Below, in pieces: positions 1 through 12,560 of a stretch of DNA of 64,000 bases; within the stretch, counting starts at the first letter, position 1, and each line of letters opens with the position of its first letter. A model generated the notes under the pieces. The model was not told the DNA's origin and did not search any database. It saw only the letters and a program-made list of their open reading frames with translations. Source of the DNA: the human T2T-CHM13v2.0 reference genome, Homo sapiens; the NCBI RefSeq assembly GCF_009914755.1, contig NC_060933.1, one strand, 5' to 3'. The position numbers were made by a program, and so were the translations under genes.

Positions 1-1659
1 AATGGAATCATCCGTAATGGAATGGAAAGGAATGGAATGGAATGGAATGGAATGGAATGGAATCAACTCGATTGCAATCGAATGGAATGGAATGGAATTA
101 ACCCGAATAGAACGGAATGGAATGGAATGGAACGGAACGGAACGGAATGGAATGGATTGGAATGGAATGGAACGGAAAGGAATGGAATGGAATGGAATGG
201 AATGGAATGGAATGGAATCAACGCGAGTGCAGGGGAATGGAATGGAATGAAATGCAATGGAATGGAATCTTCCGGAATGGAATGGAATGGAATGGAATGG
301 AATGGAATGGAATGGAATAAACCCGAATGCAATGGAATGGAGTGGAATGGAATGGAATGGAATGGAAAAACCCGAATGGAATGGAATGTAATAGAGAGTA
401 AGGGAGTTGAATAGAATCAATCCGAATGTAATGGAATGGAATGGAACGGAATGGAATTGAATGGAATGGAATGGAATGCAATGGAATGGAATCAACCCGA
501 GTGCAATGGAATGGAGAGGAATGGAATGGAATGGAATGGAAACTACCCGAATGGAATGGAATGTAATGGAGTGTAAGGGAATTGAATAGAATCAATCCGA
601 ATGTAATGGAATGGAATGGAACGGAATGGAATGGAATGGAATGGAATGGAATGGAATGGAATTCAATGGAATGGAATCAACCCGAGTGCAATCGAATGGA
701 ATCGAATGGAATGGAATGCAATGGAATGGATTCAACTTGAATGGAATGGAAAGAATGGAATCAACACGAGTGGAATGGCATGGATTGGAATGGAATGGAA
801 TGGAATCAACCCGAATACAGGGGAATGGAATGCAATGGAATGGAATCATCCATAATGGAATGCAAAGGAATGGAATGGAATGGAATGGAATGGAATGGAA
901 TGGAATGGAATGGAATGGAATCAACTCGATTGCAATGGAATGGAATGGAATGGAATTAACCCGAATAGAATGGAATGGAATGGAATGGAACGGAACGGAA
1001 GGGAATGGAATGGAACGGAACGGAATGGAACGGAACGGAACGGAATGGAATGGAATGGAATGGAATGGAATCAACGCGAGTGCAGGGGAATGGAATGGAA
1101 TGGAATGCAATGGAATGGAATCTTCCGGAATGCAATGGAATGGAATGGAATGGAATGGAATGGAATGGAATGGAATCAACTCGATTGCAATCGAATGGAA
1201 TGGAATGGAATTAACCCGAATAGAATGGAATGGAATGGAATGGAACGGAACGGAACGGAACGGAATGGAATGGAATGGAATGGAATGGAATGGAACGGAC
1301 AGGAATGGAATGGAACGGAATGGAATGGAATGGAATGGAATGGAATCAACGCGAGTGCAGGGGAATGGAATGTAATGGAATGCAATGGAATGGAATCTTC
1401 CGGAATGGAATGGAATGGAATGGAATGGAATCAACCCGAGTGCAATGGAATGGAGTGGAATGGAATGGAATGGAATGGAACAACCCGAATGGAATGGAAT
1501 GTAATGGAGAGTAAGGGAGTTGAATAGAATCATTCCGAATGTAATGGAATGGAATGGAATGGAATGGAATTGAATGGAATGGAATGGAATGCAAAGGAAT
1601 GGAATCAACCTGAGTGCAATGGAATGGAGAGGAATGGAAGGGAATGGAATGGAATGGAA
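1..1659 (+). repeat. HSat3 sub-domain, type A (partial at window start)
   Basis: Carries A words: CAACGCGAG, GAATCTTCCGG, CAACTTGAA...GGAAAGAATGG, GAGAGTAAGGGAGTTGAATAG. Confidence 0.7.
264..278. promoter_or_regulatory. Perfect 3-unit heat shock element nGAAnnTTCnnGAAn (GGAATCTTCCGGAAT); also at ~1117 and ~1392
   Basis: Reads G-GAA-TC-TTC-CG-GAA-T, an exact match to the canonical HSF1 element. Occupancy is not shown by the sequence. Confidence 0.55.
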
Positions 1660-4600
1660 TCAACCCGAGTGCAGGGGAATGGAATGGAATTGAAGGCAAT
1701 GGAATGGAATCATCCGGAATTGAATGGAATGGAATGGAATCAACTCGATTGCAATGGAATGGAATGGAATGGAATGGAATGGAATGGAATGGAATGGAAT
1801 GGAATGGAATGGAATTAACCCGAAGAGAATGGAATGGAATGGAATGGAAGTAAATGCAATGGAAGGTAATGAACCCGAGTGCAGGGGAATGGAATGGAAT
1901 GGAATGGAATGCTATGGAATGGAGTCATCCGGAATGGAACGGAAAGGAACGGAATGGAACCAACCCGTGTGCAATTGAATGGAAAGGAATGGAATGGAAT
2001 GGAATGGAATGGAATGGATTCAACCCGAATGGAATGGAAAGGAAGGGAATCAACCCAAGTGGAATGGCATGGAATGGAATGGATTGGAATGGAATGGAAT
2101 GGAATGGTACCGAATAGAATGGAATGGAAGGAAATGGAATAGAATGGAATGGAATGGAATGCAATCAACCCGAGTGCAATGGAATGGAGTGGAATGGATT
2201 GGAATGGAATGGAAACAACCTGAATGGAATGGAATGAAATGGAGTGTAAGGGAATTGAATACAATCAATCCGAATGTAATGGAATGGAATGGAATGGAAC
2301 GGAATGGAATGGAATGGAATGGAATGGAATGCAGTGGAATGGAATCAAACCTAGTGCAATGGAATAGAATGGAATGGAATGGAATGGAATGGAATGGAAT
2401 GGATTCAACCCAAATGGAATGGAAAGCCATGGAATCAACCCGAGTGGAATGGCATGGAATGGAATGGAATGGAATGGTACGGAATAGAATGCAATGGAAC
2501 GAAATGGAATGGAATGGAATGGAATGGAATGGAATGGAATGGAATGCAATCATTCCGAGTGGAATAGAAGGGAATGAATTCGAGTGGAATGGAAAGGAAT
2601 GGAATCAATCAGAGTGGAATGGAAGGGAATGGAATGGAATGGAAACTAATAAAATGGAATCAAAACGAGTGGAATGGAATGGAAAGGACTTGAATCGAAT
2701 GGAATGGAATGGAATGGAATGGAATGGAATGGAATCAACTCGATTGCTATGGAATGTAAGGGAATGGAATGGAATGGAATTAACCCGAATAGAATGGAAT
2801 GGAATGGAATGGAATGGAATGGAATGGAATGGAATCAACCTGAGTGCAGGGGAATGGAATGCAATGGAATGCAATGGAATGGAATGGAATGGAATGCAAT
2901 GGAATCAACTAGATTGCAATGGAATGGAATGGAATGGAATGGAATGGAATGGAAGGGAATGGAATGGAATGGAATTAACCTGAACAGAATGGAATGGAAT
3001 GGAATGGAATGGAATGGAATGGAACGGAATGGAATGGAATGGAATGGAATGGAATCAACCCGAGTGCAGGGGAATGGAATGGAATGGAATGCAATGGAAT
3101 GGAATCATCCGGAATGGAATTGAATGGAATGGAATGCAATGGAATGGAATCAATCAACCGGAGTGCAATGCAATGGAGTGTAATGGAATCGAATGGAATG
3201 GAAACAACCCGAATGGAATGGAATGTAATGGAGTGTAAGGGAATTGAAAAGAATCAATCCGAATGTAATGGAATGGAATGGAACGGAATGAAATGGAATG
3301 GCATGGAATGGAATGGAATCAACCCGAGTGCAATGGAATGGAAATGAACGGAATGGAATGGAAAGGAATGGATTCAACCCGAATGGAATGGAAAGGAATG
3401 GAATAAACCCGAGTGGAATGGCATGGAATGGAATGAAATGGAGTGGAATGGAATGGAATGGAATGGAATGGTACGGAATAGAATGGAATGGAAAGAAATG
3501 GAATAGAATGGAATGAAATGGAATGGAATGGAACCGTGTGAAATGGAATGGAATGGAATGGAATGGAATGGAATGGAATGGGTTCGACTCGAATGGAATG
3601 GAATGGAATGGAATCAACCCGAGTGGAATGGCATGGAATGGAATGGAATGGAATGGAATGGAATGGAATGGAATGGAATGGAATGGAATGGAAACAACAC
3701 GAGTGCAATGTAATGGAATCGAATGGAATGGAATGGAATGGAATGGAATGGATTCAACCCGAATGGAATGGAAAGGAATGGAATAAACCCAAGTGGAATG
3801 GCATGGAATGGAGTCTAATGGAATGGAATGGAATGGAATGGTATGGAATAGAATGGAATGGAACGAAATGGAATGGAATGGAATGGAATGGAATGGAATG
3901 GAATGAAATGAACCCGTGTGCAATGGAATGGAATGGAATGGAATGGAATGGAATGGAATGGAATGGGTTCAACTCGAATGGAATGGAAAGGAATGGAATC
4001 AACCCGAGTAGAATGGCATGGAATGGAATGGAATGGAATGGAATGGAATGGAATGGAATGGTACGGAATAGAATGGAATGGAGCGAAATGGAATGGAATG
4101 GAATGGAATGGAATGGAATGGAGTAGAATGAAATCGTGTGCAATGGAATGGAATGGAATGGAAAGGAATGGAATGGAGTGGAATGGAATGGAATGGAATG
4201 GAGTGGAATGGAATGGAATGGGTTCAACTCGAATGGAATGGAAAGGAATGGAATCAACCCGAGTGGAGTGTCATGGAATGGAATGGAATAGGATGGAATG
4301 GAATGGAATGGAATCATCCCGAGTGCAATGTAATGGAATCGAAAGGAATGGAATGGAATGGAATGGAATGGATTCAACCCGAATGGAATGAAAAGAAATG
4401 GAATAAACCCGAGTGGAATGGCATGGAATGGAGTGGAATTGAATGGAACGGAATGGTATAGAATAGAATGGAATGGAACGAAATGGAATGGAATAGAATG
4501 GAATGGAATGGAATGGAATGGAATGTACCCGTGTGCAATGGAATGGAATGGAATGGAATGGAATGGAATGGAATGGATTCAACTCGAATGGAATGGAAGG

Positions 4601-5080
4601 GAAAGGAATCAACCCGAGAGGAATGGCATGGAATGGAGTGGAATGGAATGCAATGGAATGGAATGGAATAGAATGGAATGGAATGGAATGGTACAGAATA
4701 AAATGGAATGGAACGAAATGGAATGGAATGAAATGGAATGGAATGGAATGGAATGGAATGGAACGGAATGGAATGGTATGGAATGGAATGGAATGGAATG
4801 GAATGGTACGGAATATAATGGAATGGAACGAAATGGAATGGAATGAAATGGAATGGAATGGAATGGAATCAACCCGAGTGCAGGGGAATGGAATGGAATT
4901 GAAGGCAATGGAATGGAATCATCCGGAATTGAATGGAATGGAATGGAATCAACTCGATTGCCATGGAATGGAATGGAATGGAATGGAATGGAATGGAATG
5001 GAATGGAATGGAATGGAATTAACCCGAACAGAATGGAATGGAATGGAATGGAATGGAATGGAATGGAATGGAATGGAATG
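1660..5080 (+). repeat. HSat3 sub-domain, type B
   Basis: Carries B words: TTGAAGGCAAT, GAAGTAAAT, CAAACCTAG, AACCTGAACAG, ATAAACCCGAGTGGAATGGCATGG, GAACCCGTGTG, GGTTCGACTC, GAGTCTAATG. Confidence 0.7.
2546..4050 (+). repeat. ~1.5-kb block paralogous to ~47234-48720 and (partly) 62831-64000
   Basis: Same word order: GCAATCATTCCGAG...GAATTCGAG, CAAAACGAG, GGACTTG, GATTGCTA, CAACTAGATT, GGTTCGACTC, then GAGTCTAATG and CCCGAGTAGAATGGC (the last two lie beyond the window end in the third copy). Confidence 0.85.
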
Positions 5081-5975
5081 GAATCGTTCCGAGTGGAATA
5101 GGAGGGAATGTATTCGAGTGGAATGGAAAGGAATGGAATCAACCAGATTGGAATGGAAGGGAATGGAATGGAATGGAAACTAATAGAATGGAATCAACCC
5201 GAGTGGAATGGAATGGAAAGGACTGGAATGGAATTGAATGGAATGGAATTGAATGGAATCAACTACATTGTAATGGAATGGAATGGAATGGAATGGAATG
5301 GAATTAACCCGAATACAATGGAATGGACTAGAATGGAACGGAATGGAGTGGAATGGAATGGAATCAACCCGAAGTGCAGGGGAATGGAATGGAATGGAAT
5401 GCAATGGAATGGAATCATCCGGAATGGAATGGAATGGAATGGAATGCAAAGCAATGGAATCAACTCGATTGCAATGGAATGGAATGCAATGGAAAGGAAT
5501 AGAACGGATGCAACCCGAGTGTAATGGAATGGAAAGGACTGGAATGGAGTGGAATGGAATGGAATGGAATCAACTCGATTGGAATGGAATGGAATGGAAT
5601 GGAAAGGAATGGAATGGAATTAACCCGAATAGAATGGAATGGAATGGAATGGAACGGAATGGAATGGAATGGAATGGAATGGAATGGAATCAACCCGACT
5701 GCAGGGGAATGGAATGGAATGGAATGCAATAGAATGGAATCATCCGGAACGGAATGGAATGGAATGGAATGGAATCAACTCGATTGCAATCGAATGGAAT
5801 GGAATGGAATTAACCCGAATAGAATGGAATGGAATGGAATGGAACGGAACGGAATGGAATGGAATGGAATGGAATGAAATGGAACGGAAAGGAACGGAAT
5901 GGAATGGAATGGAATGGAATGGAATGGAATCAACGCGAGTGCAGGGGAATGGAATGGAATGGAATGCAATGGAAT

Positions 5976-5990
5976 GGAATCTTCCGGAAT
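5976..5990. promoter_or_regulatory. Perfect 3-unit heat shock element
   Basis: GGAATCTTCCGGAAT. Confidence 0.5.
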
Positions 5991-7189
5991 GGAATGGAAT
6001 GGAATGGAATGGAATGAAATGCAATGGATTCAACTCGATTGCAATGGAATGGAATGGAATGGAATGGAATGGAATGAAATGCAATGGATTCAACTCGATT
6101 GCAATGGAATGGAATAGATTGGAATGGAATGGAATGGAATTAACCCGAATAGAATGGAATGGAATGGAATGGAACGGAATGGAACGGAATGGAATGGAAT
6201 GGAATGGAATGGAATGGAATGGAATGGAATGGAATGGAATGGAATCAACGCGAGTGCAGGGGAATGTAATGGAACGGAATGCAATGGAACGGAATCATCC
6301 GGAATGGAATGGAATGGAATGGAATGGAATGCAATCAACCCGAGTGCAATGGAATGGAGTGGTATGGAATGGAATGGAATGGAACAACCCGAATGGAATG
6401 GAATGTAATGGAGAGTAAGGGAGTTGAATAGAATCAATCCGAATGTAATGGAATGGAATGCAACGGATTGGAATGGAATGGAATGCAATGGAATGGAATC
6501 AACCCGAGTACAATAGAATGGAATGGAATGGAATGGAATGGAATGGAATGCCTTCAAACCGAATGGAATGGAAAGGAATGGAATCAACACGAGTGGAATG
6601 TAATGGAATGGAATGGAAGGGAATGGAATGGAATGGAATGGAATGATACGGAACAGAATGGAATGGAACGAAATGGAATGGAATGGAATGGAATGGAATG
6701 GAATGGAATCGTTCCGAGTAGAATAGGAGGGAATGTATTCGAGTGGAATGGAAAGGAATGGAATCACCCAGAGTGGAATGGAAGAGAATGGAATGGAATG
6801 GAAACTAATAGAATGGAATCAACCCGAGTGGAATGGAATGGAAAGGACTGGAATGGAATGGAATGGAATGGAATGGAATGAAATGGAATGGAATCAACAC
6901 GATTGGAATGGAATGTAATGGAATGGAATGGAATGAAATGGAATGGAATCAACTCGATTGCAATGGAATGGAATGGAATGGAATGAAACGGAATGGAATT
7001 AACCCGAATACAATGGAATGGAATGGAATGGAATGGTACGGAATGGAGTGGAATGGAATGGAATCAACCCGAGTGCAGGGAAATGGAATGGAATGGAATG
7101 CAATGGAATGGAATCACCCGGAATGGAATGGAATGGAATGGAATGCAAAGCAATGGAATCAACTCGATTGCAATGGAATGGAATGGAAT

Positions 7190-7670
7190 GGAAAGGAATA
7201 CATTGGAATCACCCCGAGTGGAATGGAATGGAAAGGACTGGAATGGAGTGGAATGGAATGGAATGGAATGGAATGCAATCAACTCGATTGGAATGGAATG
7301 GAATGGAATGGTACGGAATAGAATGGAATGGAACGAATTGTAATGGAATGGAATTGAATGGAATGGAATGGAATGGAATGGAATCAACGCGAGTGCAGGG
7401 GAATGTAATGGAACGGAATGCAATGGAATGGAAAGGAATACATTGGAATCAACCCGAGTGGAATGGAATGGAAAGGACTGGAATGGAGTGGAATGGAATG
7501 GAATGGAATGGAATGGAATCAACTCGATTGGAATGGAATGGAATGGAATGGTACGGAATAGAATGGAATGGAACGAATTGTAATGGAATGAAATTGAATG
7601 GAATGGAATGGAATGGAATGGAATCAACGCGAGTGCAGGGGAATGTAATGGAACGGAATGCAATGGAATG
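7190..7670 (+). repeat. 240-bp tandem duplication
   Basis: GAAAGGAATACATTGGAATC at 7191 and 7431; AACGAATTGT at ~7332 and ~7572. Confidence 0.85.
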
Positions 7671-10600
7671 GAATCATCCGGAATGGAATGGAATGGAATG
7701 GAATGGAATGGAATGGAATGGAATCAACCCGAGTGCAATGGAATGGAGTGTAATGGAATGGAATGGAATGGAACAACCCGAATGGAATGGAATGTAATGG
7801 AGAGTAAGGGAGTTGAATAGAATCAATCCGAATGCAATGGAATGGAATGCAACGGAATGGAATGGAATGGAATGGAATGGAATGCAATGGAATGGAATCA
7901 ACCGGAGTACAATGGAATGGTATGGAATGGAATGGAATGGAATGGAATGGAATGATACGGAATAGAATGGAATGGAATGAAATGGTATGGAATGGAATAG
8001 AATGCAATGGAATGGAATGGAATTGTTCCGAGGGAATAGGAGGGAATGTATTCGAGTGGAATGGAATGGAATGGAATCAACCAGAGTGGAATGGAAGGGA
8101 ATGGAATGGAATGGAAACTAATAGAATGGAATCAACCCGAGTGGAATGGAATGGAAAGGACTGGAATGGAATGGAATGGAATGGAATGGAATGGAATTAA
8201 CCCGAATACAATGGAATGGAATGGAATGGAACGGAACGGAACGGAATGGAATGGAGTGGAATGGAATGGAATCAACCCGAGGGCAGGGGAATGGAATGGA
8301 ATGGAATGCAATGGAATGCAATCATCCGGAATGGAATGGAATGGAATGGAATGCAAAGCAATGGAATCAACTTGATTGCAATGGAATGGAATGGAATGGA
8401 AAGGAATACATTGGAATCAACCCGAGTGGAATGGAATGGAAAGGACTGGAATGGAGTGGAATGGAATGGAATGGAATGGAATGGAATGGAATGGAATGGA
8501 ATCAACTCGATTGGAATGGAATGGAATGGAATGGAATGGAATGGAATTAACCCGAGTAGAATGGAATGGAATGGAATGGAACGGAACGGAACGGAACGGA
8601 ACGGAACGGAATGGAATGGAATGGAACAGAACGGAACGGAATGGAATGGAATGGAAAGGAATCAACGCGAGTGCAGGGGAATGGAATGGAATGGAATGAA
8701 ATGGAATGGAATCTGCCAGAATGGAATGGAATGGAATGGAATAGAATGGAATGGAATGGAATGGAATGGAATCAACCCGAGTACAGGGGAATGGAATGGA
8801 ATGTAATGCAATGGAATGGAATCATCCGTAATGGAATGGAAAGGAATGGAATGGAATGGAATGGAATGCAATGGATTCAACTCGATTGCAATGAAATGGA
8901 ATAGAATGGAATGGAATGGAATGGAATGGAATGGAATGGAATTAACCCGAATAGAATGGAATGGAATGGTATGGAACGGAACGGAACGGAACGGAAGCGA
9001 ATGGAATGGAATGGAATGGAATGGAATGGAATGGAATGGAATGGAATGGAATTGTATGGAAGGGAATGGAATGGTACAGAATAGAATGGAATGGAAAGAA
9101 TTGGAATGGAATGGAATCGAATGGAATGGAATCGAATGGAATGGAATCGAATGGAATGGAATGGAATGGAATGGAATGGAACCAACCCCAGTGCAATGGA
9201 ATGGATTGGAATGGAATGGAATGGAATGGAACAACCCGAATGGAATGGAATGTAATGGAGAGTAAGGGAGTTGAATAGAATCAATCCGAATGTAATGGAA
9301 TGGAATGGAACGGAATGGAATGGAATGGAATTGAATGGAATGCAATGGAATGGAATCAACCCGAGTACAATGGAATGGAATGGAAAGGAATGGAATGGAA
9401 TGGAATGGAATGGAATGGAATGGAATGGAATGGAATCAACCCGAGTGCAATGGAATAGAGAGGAAAGGAATGGAATGGAATGGAAACTACCCGAATGGCA
9501 TGGAATGTAATGAAGTGTAAGGGAATTGAATAGAATCAATCCGAATGGCATGGAATGTAATGGAACGGAATGTAATGTAATGGACTGGAATGGAATCAAC
9601 CCGAGTGCAGGGGAATGGAATGGAATGGAATGCAATGGAATGGAATCATCCGGAATGGAATGGAATGGAATGGAATGGAATCAACCCGAGTGCAAAGGAA
9701 TGGAGTGAAATGGAATGGAATGGAATGGAAACAACCAGAATGGATTGGAATATAATGGAGTGTAAGGGAATTGAATAGAATCAATCTGAATGTAATGAAA
9801 TGGAATGGAACGGAATGGAATGGAATGGAATGGAATGGAATGGAATGGAATGGAATGCAATGGCATGGAATCAACCCGAGTGCAATCGAATGGAATCGAA
9901 TGGAATGGAATGCAATGGAATGGATTCAACTTGAATGGAAAGGAAAGAATGGAATCAACACGAGTGGAATGGCATGGATTGGAATGGAATGGAATGGAAT
10001 CAACCCGAGTACAGGAGAATGGAATGGAATGGAATGCAATGGAATAGAATCATCCGTAATGGAATGGAAAGGAATGGAATGGAATGGAATGGAATGGAAT
10101 CAACTCGATTGCAATCGAATGGAATGGAATGGAATTAACGCGAATAGAATGGAATGGAATGGAATGGAACGGAACGGAATGGAATGGAATGGAACGGAAA
10201 GGAATGGAATGGAATGGAATGGAATGGAATGGAATGGAATGGAATGGAATCAACGTGAGTGCAGGGGAATGGAATGGAATCGAATGGAAAGGAATGGAAT
10301 GGAATGGAATCAACCCGAGTGCAGGGGAATGTAATGGAACGGAATGCAACGGAATGGAATCATCCGGAATGGAATGGAATGGAATGGAATGCAAAGCAAT
10401 GGAATCAACTCGATTGCAATGGAATGGAATGGAATGGAAAGGAATAGAATGGAATCAACCCGAGTGTAATGGAATGGAAAGGACTGGAATGGAGTGGAAT
10501 GGAATGGAATGGAATGGAATGGAATGGAATCAACTCGATTGGAATGGAATGGAATGGAATGGAATGGAATGGAATTAACCCGAATAGAATGGAATGGAAT

Positions 10601-12194
10601 GGAATGGAACAGAATGGAACGGAATGGAATGGAATGGAATGGAATGGAATGGAATCATCGGGAACGGAATGGAATGGAATGGAATGGAATCAACTCGATT
10701 GCAATGGAATGGAAGGGAATGGATAGGAATCGAATGTAATGGAATGGAATTAACCGGAATAGAATGGAATGGAATGGAATGCAACGGAATGGAATGGAAT
10801 GGAATGGAATGGAATGGAATGGAATGGAATGGAATCAACCCGAGTGCAGGGGAATGGAATGGAATGGAATGCAATAGAATGGAATCATCCGGAATGGAAT
10901 GGAATGGAATGGAATGCCATCAACCTGATGCAATGGAATGGAGTGGAATGGAATGGAATGGAATGTAAACTACCCGAATGGAATGGAATGTAATGGAGTG
11001 TAAGGGAATTGAATAGTATCAATCCGAATGTAATGGAATGGAATGGAACGGAATGGAATGGAATGGATTGGAATGGAATGGAATGGAATCGTTCCGAGTG
11101 GAATAGGAGAGAATGTATTCGAGTGGAATGGAAAGGAATGGAATCAACCAGAGTGGAATGGAAGGGAATGGAATGGAATGGAAACTAATAGATTAGATTG
11201 GAATCAACCCGAGTGGAATGGAATGGAAAGGACTGAAATGGAATGGAATGGAATGGAATGGAATCAACTGGATTGTAATGCAATGGAATGGAATGGAATG
11301 GAACGGAATGGAATGGAATTAACCCGAATACAATGGAATGGAATGGAATGGAATGGAATGGAACGGAATGGAGTGGAATGGAATGGATTCAACCCGAGTG
11401 CACGGGAATGGAATGGAATGGAATGCAATGGAATGGAATCATCCGGAATGGAATGGAATGGAATGGAATGCAAAGCAATGGAATCAACTCGATTGCAATG
11501 GAAAGGAATGGAATGGAAAGGAATAGAATGGAATCAACCTGATTGGAATGGAATGGAAAGGACTGGAATGGAGTGGAATGGAATGGAATGGAATGGAATG
11601 GAATGGAATGCAATGGAATGGTATGGAATGGAATGGAATGGAATGGTACGGAATAGAATGGAATGGAACGAATTGTAATGGAATGGAATTCAATGGAATG
11701 GAATGGAATGGAATGGAATCAACGCGAGTGCAGGGGAATGTAATGGAACGGAATGCAATGGAATGGAATCATCCGGAATGGAATGGAATGGAATGGAATG
11801 GAATGGAATGGAATCAACCCGAGTGCAATGGAATGGAGTGGAATGGAATGGAATGGAATGGAACAACCCGAATGGAATGGAATGTAATGGAGAGTAAGGG
11901 AGTTGAATAGAATCAATCAGAATGTAATGGAATGGAATGCAACGGAATGGAATGGAATGGAATGGAATGGAATGCAATGGAATGGAATCAACCCGAGTAC
12001 AATGGAATGGAATGGGATGGAATGGAATGCCTTCAAACCGAATGGAATGGAAAGGAATGGAATCAACACGAGTGGAATGGAATGGAATGAAATGGAATGG
12101 AATGGAATGGAATGGAATGGAATGATACGGAATAGGATGGAACGGAACGAAATGGAATGGAATGGAATGGACTGGAATGGAATGGAATGGAATG

Positions 12195-12560
12195 GAATCG
12201 TTCCGAGTGGAATAGGAGGGAATGTATTCGAGTGGAATGGAAAGGAATGGAATCAACCAGATTGGAATGGAAGGGAATGGAATGGAATGGAAACTAATAG
12301 AATGGAATCAACCCTAGTGGAATGGAATGGAAAGTACTGGAATGGAATGGAATGGAATGGAATCAACTCGATTGTAATGGAATGGAATGGAATGGAATGG
12401 AATGGAATGGTATCGTTCCGAGTGGAATAGGAGGGAATGTATTCGAGAGGAATGGAAAGGAATGGAATCAACCAGAGTGGAATGGAAGGGAATGGAATGG
12501 AATGGAAACTAATAGAATGGAATCAACCCTAGTGGAATGGAATGGAAAGTACTGGAATGG
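12195..12560 (+). repeat. 215-bp tandem duplication
   Basis: Private words ACCCTAGTGG (12311, 12526) and AAAGTACTGG (12331, 12546). Confidence 0.85.

Larger units (their letters stand above)
5081..9630 (+). repeat. ~4.5-kb block paralogous to ~51797-56635
   Basis: Shared private words CAACTACATTG, GGACTAGAATG, ATTGTTCCGAGGG, ATCTGCCAGA, AATTGTATGG, GAAGTGTAAGGG, GTAATGGACTGG. ORFs 6733..6918 and 53479..53664 are identical. Confidence 0.88.

Noticed and set aside
1670-1680. GCAGGGG tracts as G-quadruplex elements
   Set aside because: The G4 runs are isolated and typically hundreds of bases apart; only GG doublets lie between them.
11189-11200. AGATTAGATTG resembling a DUX4 site (TGATTAGATTA)
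   Set aside because: Both terminal bases mismatch, it is a single copy, and it is explained by slippage.
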